Of a stretch of 64,000 nt of DNA, positions 12,947-23,871 are shown one piece after another. Position 1 is the stretch's first letter; the number at the start of each line of letters is the position of its first letter. The translations under genes were made by a program, and so were the position numbers. The stretch spans positions 27,032,001-27,096,000 of the forward strand of contig OZ116698.1 of NCBI GenBank assembly GCA_964199315.1. The letters run 5' to 3'. A model generated the notes under the pieces. The model was given only the letters and a program-made list of their open reading frames with translations. It was not told the origin of the DNA and ran no database searches. This DNA is from Orbicella franksi. Its lineage: Eukaryota.

Positions 12947-14689
12947 GTAAGTTACACCTTTTTTTGATTTATCAACGTTTTCAAGAAAGTTCTACTGAGT
13001 ATCAGTCACTCTTTCTTGAGGCCTGCCCCTCGTGCGGCTCATTTTGCTTCCGTTCGCGTTTCATCTCGTACGCTCCTCGCTTTGCGTTCTACGATCCAAA
13101 ATAGACCGAGCTCTCGTTTGCGAAAACACACAAGCTGGCTATGACAGCACCACTCTATCAGCTCGCAATTGTTCTGGGTAATATGGAATAGATCAAAGGA
13201 CCTAAAACATTCTCCAAATCAATTTCCTTCCAAATTATCTGAACGAATATTACGGAATCGCAAAATAAGAGGGGTTTAAATTATACACCTTTTGTTGCAG
13301 ACTTGATGTTAACATTTCAAAATGTTAACTTACAGCAATTTGCTAACGCGCCTATCGTAATAGCTTTTTGAGCCAAATCGCGCGTTTTCGATTCTTTGCT
13401 TTCGTTCACACTCAGCATATGCCTTTTTATATATATGACAGGAAATTATATCTAGCTCGGACTGGAACAGAATGAAGCAGCGAAAGCTCTAGTTTTTTGA
13501 CAACTAAAACTATCAATTTTATTCTTCTAAAGACCTTCATTCTTCCTCTGTGTTTTATTGCTTGAAAAGCAAATAAAAGTGTTTTCCTTGCCATGATTTC
13601 ACGACGATAACCCGATCCTTCGATATGCATACAGGTCTGTGTTCAAAGAAATCTATGTTTCTCTTTCATTTTATTTGGATTTCGGGTCTAAAATACGTCA
13701 AGTCAAAAACGGAGAAGGTAGAGAGTTCCAACCCTTTAGTGCAGGAGTAGTTGTCCGCTCTTGGTGAAATTTATTGTAACAATGACAAGGAATTATTATC
13801 TTGCCTTGAAGGGCTAGGATAGGGAAAGGAAAAATTACAAAACAAAATTATTTAGGGGAATAGATCAATGCGCAAACAACACTCTCCAGGTCAATTTCCT
13901 TCAAAATTCTCTAAACGAACATTACATAATCGGCAAAACAAAAGGGGTTTTATATTGTACACCTTTTAGTGCTGACCTGATGTTAACATTACAGTTGTTA
14001 ACTTATAGCAATATGCTCCCGCGCCATGCCGTAATAGCTTTTCAAACAGTTCGTTCACAATTAGCATGTGCCTTTCTATAGAGATGGCAGGAAATTATAT
14101 CTAGCTCGGACTAGACCAGAATGAAGCGGCGGAGGCTCTTGTTTTGACAATAAAAAATATCAATTTTATTCTTGTAAAAATATGCATTAATTGTTTGCGA
14201 TTACCCGATACTTCGTTATGCAAACAGTTCTGTGTTCAAAGAAATCCATGGCCTGACTTTAAGATTTCCGCATTTTGTTTCAAGAACTCTCATTTTTTTT
14301 CTTAGTCCACATGACATTTTTCCATTTTATTTTGATTTTGGGTCCAAAATTCGTCAAGTCAAAAACAGAGAAAGTAGAGAGTTTCAACCCTTTAAAAAAT
14401 TCACTTAGGCAAAGAAAAGGAACGATTATCCTGGCCTCTCTTTATTTCCTGTTTTACATTCTACTGTTTTTACAAATAGAACAAGAACTGTCATAAGTGG
14501 AATTAGCTCGTAAGCCTCACACAGACACATTACGGACCTATGTTTTCTTTTAGATCCGTTCTGGCAAGTTAAACGCGGGTATTTTTATTGGCTATGTAAG
14601 TGCTCGGTATTGTCTGTAGGGGTCAGCTCGATCGAGTTTTTTTTTTTTTTAATCAAGCGCTGTACTTCAGTTTGGTATCTTTCATAAAT

Positions 14690-15216
14690 ATGAAGAAATC
14701 CTTTCTGGTCCTTCTCCTGGTCTCTGTCGCTTTGTTTGCCCTAGTTGGGCTTTCTGAGTTGTGGCTTCGAGGAAGACGTAGCGGGCGAAGCGGACAAGGC
14801 AGATGAGACGGACGAGGCAGACGAGGCGGTCGCGGAGGGCACGGAGGACGAGGGAGATACAGAAGATCTTGCGGCCCAATGCAAGACTGTGTTCTTTATG
14901 ACTGGACCACATACGGAAGCTGTTGCAAGACTTGCGGTAGTGGATATGTGACACAGCGAAGGAATATCAGAACGTATCCAAGGTGCCATGGCAGACCGTG
15001 CCCGTACTCTAGCAGCCCTCGGCGATATAGGACTATTTCATGCAACGCTTAATGCTGTCCTGTTAACTGTTTTTGGATGTGGAATTCCTGAATTCTGTGT
15101 CAGGGTTGTGATGTTTCCCAACAAACAAGATCGACGAGTATTACACGAAACCCAATTTGTGGAGGGACGGCCTGTCCCAGTAAACGGAGCGAAACGCGAG
15201 GCTGCAATACTGGAAT
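14690..15216 (+). pseudogene. Variable cassette V7 (copy of disrupted V5)
   Basis: Same three stops as V5, offset +4694 bp. Donor GTAAGT at 15217. Confidence 0.85.
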
Positions 15217-17182
15217 GTAAGTCAGCTTGTTTTCATGTTAGGTTTCACGTCACCCGCTCTTCAATTCCAATTCCAATTCCAAACACTTCAATTCCGCTCG
15301 CACGCGCGAGTGATTCAAAGTCGTCCCTCAGCAATTTGTTCTTGGATCCAAGCTTGTGAGGAAACTAAGCCCAAGACAGTGACGGAACATGATTGAAAGG
15401 GTCTAAAGAGAAGAGGGCTGGGGAGGAAAAGAATGGTCACGTGTTTTCCGGCATTTACTCTCTCCAGTACTTCTCAATTCCGGCTCATTTTCATCTCACC
15501 ACTTTGTCTTTTCTTCGTTCTCTATTTAATCTGACAGTTTGAATCACACTTCTGGATGACCAGTAGAAGAGTTAAGAGGATTCCATAAATTTAACTCCGA
15601 AAGGACAGATTACCACTGCAGGGTTTGAAATAACGGCCCTTCAACGGGCAATATCCGGTCAAAAGAAGGTTTTGTCCGGTCAAATCGTTGATCGTTTATT
15701 TTTACACTTCAAAGGTAAATTTGATTCAGAGCTACGTCTAAATTAAGTTGTACATTATCTGCATATGTAAAAGAAAAACATAAAAGAAGCAAACAAAAGA
15801 TACGACCAGACCACCTTTGTCTAGAGTAAAATCTCCGGCAGTTGCAAGTTTTCGCTTTGTCATCCATCAGTCATGACCTCAAATTCGCCGGTCTTCCAGT
15901 GTAGCATGTCTATCGGTGTGTATGCTAATACAGTCGAACTTCCACTAACGACCACCTCTTTACAACCGCCACTCTCCGCTTTGGAGACGTTCGACTTTAA
16001 TCCTTATTGTCCGCGTGGAATTTACCGCTAACTAACTTTGCGACCTGATGTGGAAAGCGAAACAGATGCTTCTTAAAGTGACTAGTCCAGGGACTGGTAC
16101 AAAGGTCTGGGCTACTGTCTAATATAAATTCAAACCAAACGTTTATCTTAAAACTTAAGGCCTTTATATTAAGGTGAAATTAAAAATAACAACTAAGTTT
16201 GCTTGTTAATTCCTGCGTGAATCAATAAGCTCGAATAAAAATTGAATAATAGACGCGATTGTGGGAAGCAAAAGTGTAATTATATCGTTTTTATTGAACA
16301 TTGTGGTTGTGCCGGGTATTCCACTTTTTTTTCACTGAACATCAGTTACTTCTGCAATAAAAGCTCACTAAATGTACTTGCTCGATATGTAAGCATCATG
16401 CTGAGAGGGGAGAAGCACTTTTTACAGAGTTATCATGATGTAATGCATATTTGTCCAGCCAAAATCGTTTCTTGTCCGAGCAAAAATAGATTTGACCGGG
16501 CACCAGCCGAGAAATTATTTCAAGCCCTGATCTGAATAGCGAAACACGTAGTCAATGAGACGTTTTTTTTCTAAGGGGCACCTCTATGACTACAAGCAAC
16601 ACAAAGCAAAATCATTTTAAACTACCCAACCTATTCGTGAAAAGAAAAATACTAAAATAAATAAAAAAATTAATAGTGAATAAAAATTAGGGCAATCAGT
16701 GACAGAAGTCAAATCTTGATGCATGTTTATTCTGGAACAAAATCCGCACGTACTTCAGCTTAAGAATACGGTGTCACAAGCATAACGGGTTAGGTACAAA
16801 TTTCCACCTGTTTTAAAGTTGCAGTGCAAAATGACTATAGGTTTAAAAAATCAAAGTTCATAAATTTTCTGCTAGTCATGTTACCGTAGGCCAAGCTTGG
16901 AAAAATGATTCAAATCAAAGAAAATAAAAATCTTGCAAAGCCTTTGATATATCAGCACGAAGGATGAGTCAGGCTGGAAAAAATCCGTGATAACATGTCC
17001 CTGAGTATTAAATCAGATATAATACGCTTTCCGAAAATAAAGCTTGTCGTTTTACATCTCAGATTTGCTGGTGCGCGTTTAACCAGGGTAATACATTGGG
17101 TATAAAAGTTCCTGGTTCAGTCTTCAGAGGCAAATTAGACTTTTTCGTCCAGCGCTGTACTTCAGTTTGGCTTGTCATAAGC

Positions 17183-17640
17183 ATGAAGAACTTCTTTTTG
17201 GTCCTACTCTTGTCCTCTGCCGCTTTGTTTGCTCTGGTTGGGCTATCGGAGTCCATTTTCTGGAGGCATAGACTCCAAAGAATTCACTGCTTCAGACAAG
17301 ATTGTGTTCTGTATGACTGGGCCGATTTCGGAAGCTGTTCCACGACTTGTGGTTGGGGATATAAGACTCAGCGTAAGGATATCAAAACGAATCACACCTG
17401 CGGTGGAACACCATGTCCGTCTTACTACAGTTCTCAACGACAAAGGATTCGTTCATGTTACAGTGGGTGCTGTCGTGTTAACTGTTTGTGGACGTGGAAC
17501 TCCTGGAGTCTGTGCCAGTGCGTGCCAGGTTACAGCATGCCGTATGGAACCAGAAGGATGCGTATTTCACGAAACGCAAGTTGTGGAGGAACGGCGTGTC
17601 CGAGTAGAAGAAGCGAAACGAGAGGCTGTTACTCTAAAGT
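17183..17640 (+). CDS. Variable cassette V8 (intact copy of V4/V6)
   Basis: Same protein, offset +9388 bp from V4. Donor GTAAGT at 17641. Confidence 0.85.
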
Positions 17641-19402
17641 GTAAGTTACACCTTTTTTTGATTTATCAACGTTTTCAAGAAAGTTCTACTGAGTATCAGT
17701 CACTCTTTCTTGAGGCCTGCCCCTCGTGCGGCTCATTTTGCTTCCGTTCGCGTTTCATCTCGTACGCTCCTCGCTTTGCGTTCTACGATCCAAAATAGAC
17801 CGAGCTCTCGTTTGCGAAAACACACAAGCTGGCTATGACAGCACCACTCTATCAGCTCGCAATTGTTCTGGGTAATATGGAATAGATCAAAGGACCTAAA
17901 ACATTCTCCAAATCAATTTCCTTCCAAATTATCTGAACGAATATTACGGAATCGCAAAATAAGAGGGGTTTAAATTATACACCTTTTGTTGCAGACTTGA
18001 TGTTAACATTTCAAAATGTTAACTTACAGCAATTTGCTAACGCGCCTATCGTAATAGCTTTTTGAGCCAAATCGCGCGTTTTCGATTCTTTGCTTTCGTT
18101 CACACTCAGCATATGCCTTTTTATATATATGACAGGAAATTATATCTAGCTCGGACTGGAACAGAATGAAGCAGCGAAAGCTCTAGTTTTTTGACAACTA
18201 AAACTATCAATTTTATTCTTCTAAAGACCTTCATTCTTCCTCTGTGTTTTATTGCTTGTAAAGCACATAAAAGTGTTTTTCCTCGCCATGATTTCCCGAC
18301 GATAACCCGATCCTTCGATATGCATACAGGTCTGTGTTCAAAGAAATCTATGTTTCTCTTTCATTTTATTTGGATTTCGGGTCTAAAATACGTCAAGTCA
18401 AAAACGGAGAAAGTAGAGAGTTCCAACCCTTTAGTGCAGGAGTAGTTGTCCGCTCTTGGTGAAATTTATTGTAACAATGACAAGGAATTATTATCTTGCC
18501 TTGAAGGGCTAGGATAGGGAAAGGAAAAATTACAAAACAAAATTATTTAGGGGAATAGATCAATGCGCAAACAACACTCTCCAGGTCAATTTCCTTCAAA
18601 ATTCTCTAAACGAACATTACATAATCGGCAAAACAAAAGGGGTTTTATATTGTACACCTTTTAGTGCTGACCTGATGTTAACATTACAGTTGTTAACTTA
18701 TAGCAATATGCTCCCGCGCCATGCCGTAATAGCTTTTCAAACAGTTCGTTCACAATTAGCATGTGCCTTTCTATAGAGATGGCAGGAAATTATATCTAGC
18801 TCGGACTAGACCAGAATGAAGCGGCGGAGGCTCTTGTTTTGACAATAAAAAATATCAATTTTATTCTTGTAAAAATATGCATTAATTGTTTGCGATTACC
18901 CGATACTTCGTTATGCAAACAGTTCTGTGTTCAAAGAAATCCATGGCCTGACTTTAAGATTTCCGCATTTTGTTTCAAGAACTCTCATTTTTTTTCTTAG
19001 TCCACATGACATTTTTCCATTTTATTTTGATTTTGGGTCCAAAATTCGTCAAGCCAAAAACAGAGAAAGTAGAGAGTTTCAACCCTTTACAGCAAGAGAA
19101 GCTGCTCTTGATAAAAATTTACTTAAGCACAGAAAAGGAACGATTACCCTGGCCTCTCTTTATCACCTGTTTTACATTTTACTGATTTTACAAATAGAAC
19201 AAGAACTGTCATAAGTGGAAATTAGCTCGTAAGCCTCACACATACACATTACGGACCTATTTTTTTTTTAGATCTGTTCAGGCAAGTTAAACGCGGGTAT
19301 TTTTATTGGCTATGTAAGTGCTCGGTATTGTCTGTAGGGGTCAGCTCGATCGAGTGTTTTTTTTATCAAGCGTTGTACATCAGTTGGTTATCTGTCATAA
19401 AC

Positions 19403-19926
19403 ATGAAGAACTCCTTTCTGGTCCTTCTCCTGGTCTCTGTCTCTTTGTTTGCCCTAGTTGGGCTTTCGGAGTCGTGGTTTCGAGGTAGACGCAGCGGGCG
19501 AGGCGGACGAGGCGGACGAGGCAGACGAGGCAGACGAGGCGGTCTCGGAGGGCACGGAGGACGAGGGAGATACAGAAGATGTGGCCCAAGGCAAGACTGT
19601 GTTCTTTATGACTGGACCACATTCGGAAGCTGTTCCAAGACCTGCGGTAGTGGATATGTGACACAGCGAAGGAATATCAGAGCGTATCCAAGGTGCCATG
19701 GCAGACCGTGCCCGTACTCTAGCAGCCCTCAGCGATATAGGACTATTTCATGCAACACTCAATGCTGTCCTGTTAACTGTTTGTGGAAGTGGAATTCCTG
19801 GAGTCCGTGCCAAGGTTGTGGTGTTTCCCAACAAACAAGATCGATGAGTATTACACGAAACCCAAGTTGTGGAGGAACGGCTTGTCCAAGTAGAAGAAGC
19901 GAAACGCGAAGCTGTAATACTGGAGT
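19403..19926 (+). CDS. Variable cassette V9: signal peptide + long Gly/Arg-rich tail + 2 TSP1 (intact)
   Basis: MKNSFLVLLLVSVSLFALVGLSES-WFRGRRSGRGGRGGRGRRGRRGG... ending SCNTG-GT|GTAAGT (donor 19927). Confidence 0.9.
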
Positions 19927-20807
19927 GTAAGTCAGCTTGTTTTCATGTTACTTTTGATGTCACGCGCTCTTCGTTCCTTCGTTTGCTTTAAATTTTAGCG
20001 CCAAAGAGGTCGAAAGAGGAAAGGATTTGGGAAAAAGGGATGTCACGTGTCTGACGGGCCTGCTTTCTCTCCAGCACCTGCTAAATTCTCTCGTACGTTT
20101 TTGTCTTTTTTGTCATCACTGCGTTTTGACCGTTTTTCACTCAATTCCAGAGCTTACAACACGCTTCTGCCTGTATGTTAAAGAGGAATTCCGAGAATTT
20201 AACCTTGAAATGAGACAATGACAATCGCACTCATCTCAAACCCTCCCGCCAACGAGAATTTCGCATCAAAGGCGCATCTTATGTTACAAGCAACGCAAAA
20301 GCTATTGTCAAACATGAGTATATCACAGTTAAATCAAGAAAATAGCAGTAATTTGTGAGAAAAATAAAGTCCGAAAAGATATGCGGACAACACACATACA
20401 GCTACTGTAACGATATTAACCCAAGTTTCACAACGCTCTTAATGCAATTTTTACCTTAAGACAAATCTCGTGAACTTGTTGTAGGGTGTATTTGAAAAGA
20501 AGTCTAAAGCAAGTCAAATTTAAGTAGTACTTCTCATGCTCTATTTTTACCAACTGAACTAGTTTCACTAAATCCGGTTGTTTTTCCCATTTGTCGATTA
20601 CGCTTTCCAGTCATCTTGAGAAGACAAATTTAAATCAAACCAGATTTTAAATTGTTTAGTTGTGGGGAACACACGATATGAACAACTAATTTTTAACCTT
20701 CTTTAGTTAAACCACTTTTAAATAGGCTTTATTCGTTGGTGTTAACTTAGTTTAAATCAGTAATAAAACATAAAATAAAATATTTTCTGGGGATTATCAG
20801 ATTCTGT

Positions 20808-20864
20808 AGATTTGCCGAGGCATGTAGAAACGATTAAGAAAAAATTAGGGAAAGGGTATAAAAG
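20808..20864 (+). promoter_or_regulatory. V10 promoter: AGATTTGCCGAGGCATGT + TATA box
   Basis: Motif at 20808-20825; TATAAAAG at 20857-20864; ATG at 20926. Confidence 0.62.
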
Positions 20865-20925
20865 CGCCTGGTATCGCATTCACTGTTCATTTGGAGTGTT
20901 CTCCTTTCGCTTCTTGCTCGCAAGT

Positions 20926-21392
20926 ATGAGGAAGATTTTTCTGGTTGTTCTCGTTGTCTCTGCCTGTTTGTCTACCCTGGTGGATCTCTCGTCGGGGTGG
21001 AGCGGCAGCCGAAGACGACGACGCCGCCGATATGTAACGCCAAGCCAAAGACGCCGGAGATCTTGCTCACCACAAAATTGTTCTTACTACTGGTATTCAT
21101 ACGGTAGTTGTTCGCGGTCATGCGGTGGAGGAAGTCAAAATCAAAGAGTTATGATCATAAGATATTCCAGTTGCGGTGGTACACCGTGCCCGTATAGCCG
21201 CTACAGAACTACTTCGTGTAACACGCATTGCTGTCGTGTTGACTGCGCGTGGTCTTGGAACTCCTGGAGTCCTTGCAAGGGATGCGGCATGTCGAGACAA
21301 ACCAGAACGATGCGTATTACACGAAACCCAAGCTGTGGAGGAACAATGTGTCCCTTTATTCGAAGCCAAACGCAAAACTGCAACACTGGCGT
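20926..21392 (+). CDS. Variable cassette V10: signal peptide + Arg-rich tail + 2 TSP1 (intact)
   Basis: MRKIFLVVLVVSACLSTLVDLSSG-WSGSRRRRRRRYVTPSQRRRRSC... ending CNTG-GT|GTAAGT (donor 21393). Confidence 0.9.
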
Positions 21393-23293
21393 GTAAGTTG
21401 CATATTTCTTGTTTATTAGCGTTTCCAAGAATGCTCTATTTAAACATTATACACACACTTTTTTACAGCGTTAGTCATTTTGTTCTCGTGGGAGTTTCCT
21501 TTTTGCATTCTTTGCTTTTCTTTCTCCGGTCCAAAATAAGCCGTGTAGATGACAACGAGCTGCCAGAGGACAATTCTTCTACACAAATGTACCAGCTATG
21601 AGTGCACCACTCCTGGATCGTGCAGGGCTAGGACTGAGACAAGATTTATTACAAAACTGATTTGAGCGATTAGATCAAACGGCCGAAAACGCTGTCCAAA
21701 TATGAATCAATTCACGGCAAAATTCTCTGGCAAGATATCGCTGAATCTGAAAATTATTACGCACTTAATAGTTTGATGCAGACTGAATCTCCGCATCTCT
21801 AGTACTCCAATAAGCACTAACTCAGCATTGATTCAGCAGTGACTCAGCATACAACTCAGCATATTCTTATATATAAGAGTGAAACCAAATTATATCTAAC
21901 TTGGAACCAAGAGCTGAATAAAGCGGCGAAAGCTGCCGAAGCTTTTTTCTTTATCGAGGCAAAGCAATCTGGATAGGATAACAACACCAAATAGTCCCGT
22001 GGACATTTTTGTCGCACTCAAATGCAACTTGCATGTATTGGCGTATTCACTTGAATCAGTATTGTGACGTCAGCGAGAGGAGAGAATGATATTCTACTCA
22101 AAATGCGAGACGTTCACATTCCTCCTGCTTTGTGTCGGCTTTAGTGAAAATTGACTCAATTGGATGCCAGTATGCTCAAGTAGGACATAAAACTAAGCAA
22201 ACTCTGTCTAACTGACAAACAAAAGTAAATCATCAGTGTTTGCGTTTTGGCTGAATGCGGCTTTCAAAGTTATCTTAGACATGAGAAATATTCCGACCTA
22301 TCGGTTGGACATTCAGTATCTGTGTCAAATTTAGAAAAACTTCGCTGGCAGTAACTTTAGATAACGTTAAGCGAGTGATTTACGAAAAACCTGAAAAACG
22401 GCGTCAATTGAGTAAATCAAGTTACTCGTGTCCGTGAAACGTGTTGCGCAAGAAAGACGAAATGTCGCAATTTACCGCAAGCTTTCATCGCAGATTTCAC
22501 AATACGCAAATCTCTGCTTTTCGCGTGACTAAAACGTTGATTTAGTGTTTGCAACGTTTTTGAACACGAACAGAATCTCCGGCGCTTTTTCTTTTTATTA
22601 CTTTTGTTTCTTTCCCGCGCTTTCTCTTCCGAGTGCTCTAGTCTTTGTTCCTTGTCTTCCTTCTCATTTCTCGTTTTCGTCCGCTGTTTTATGTACGTTT
22701 CCTCTTCAATCCGAGAGTATGGCGCGCGCGTCTTTGCCTGACCCTAGTAACGCGAAACTCGGACAACTTAATTGAAATGGAAGAACGATGGCTGCATTCA
22801 TGTAACTGCTGAAACTAATGAACTACGAGAATTTTGAATTCAAATGGCGATAATTAATTTTGTAAACAATACAAAATTGATTACGTTAGTTCGTTGGTGT
22901 CGTCGCCAGTAATTCAAGGAAATGAGGGCAATTTGCAACGGAAGCCAGACATGATCTTTACATATGTTTAATACGGATATTGGTCTGTATTTGTTCAGTA
23001 ACAAAATCCACATCGCTCAGTGTTCCAAGGTTAACGATGTCAACGGGATTTAACAACGCACTGGTGCATTATTTTCTGCCTTTTAAAGAGTATACCATCT
23101 AAAAATGAACTTTTAGCTTATTACCTTACTGATGACAAACTTCGAAAAAAGAAAAAAAAAAAAAAAAGAACTCTTGTAACTTGAACACACAAGTATGGGT
23201 TAAACTGAGATCAAATTTAATTACTTCCTTTACTCAGCGATAAAAGGGAGATAACAAGATAATATCCGGGGACTTACTCTGAGGGCATCATCT

Positions 23294-23368
23294 AAATTTG
23301 CAGAGGCATGTTAAAGGCAACCTGCGTCACAGAGCTAAAGCAAAGAAAGAAACAAACGGGTATATTTG
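23294..23368 (+). promoter_or_regulatory. V11 promoter: AAATTTGCAGAGGCATGT + degenerate TATA
   Basis: Motif at 23294-23311; TATATTTG at 23361 in the same gggTATA...cctgg context. Confidence 0.5.
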
Positions 23369-23446
23369 TACCTGGTACAGCCTACTGTGTCCATTGAAAA
23401 AAAAAAATTCCGTCGAGAATATTTCTTTTTTCAATATCTCAAAAGC

Positions 23447-23871
23447 ATGAAGAAATTTCTTCTGGTCCTTCTAATCGTTTCTGCATTTTTGTGTGCACTG
23501 TTTGACGTTTCGGAGTCCTGGCGCCGCAGGCGAAGGAGACGTTGCTATCGACAAAATTGCGCTTTCTACTGGTCCTCATACGGTAGCTGTTCGCGGTCAT
23601 GCGGTGGAGGAAAACAGAATCAAAAAGTTGTTGTCACAAGAAATCCGACTTGCGGTGGTACAGCGTGTCCGTCACAACGTTACAGAACTATTTCGTGTAA
23701 CACGCACTGCTGTCGTGTTAACTGCGCGTGGTCTTGGAACTCCTGGAGTCCGTGCAAGGGATGCGGCATGTCGAGACAAACCAGAACGATGCGTATTACA
23801 CGAAACCCAAGCTGTGGAGGATTTCCGTGTCCACTAATGTTGAGCAAACCGCGAAACTGCAACACTGGGGT
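23447..23871 (+). CDS. Variable cassette V11: signal peptide + WRRRRRRR + 2 TSP1 (intact)
   Basis: MKKFLLVLLIVSAFLCALFDVSES-WRRRRRRRC... ending CNTG-GT|GTAAGT (donor 23872). Confidence 0.9.

Larger units (their letters stand above)
7791..18250 (+). repeat. Direct tandem repeat with a 4,694-bp period (two full units plus about 1.1 kb), each unit carrying a V4-type and a V5-type cassette
   Basis: The ORF track repeats at exactly +4694 (7795-8256, 12489-12950, 17183-17644), and spot checks including a T14 homopolymer are identical. Divergence begins near 18250, and similarity continues to about 19960. Confidence 0.93.

Noticed and set aside
10051-19661. Acidic DEADEADE ORFs (10051-10257, 14745-14951, 19458-19661) and Ser/Ala-rich antisense ORFs
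   Set aside because: Alternative-frame and antisense shadows of the GGACGAGGC repeat in the Gly/Arg tract.
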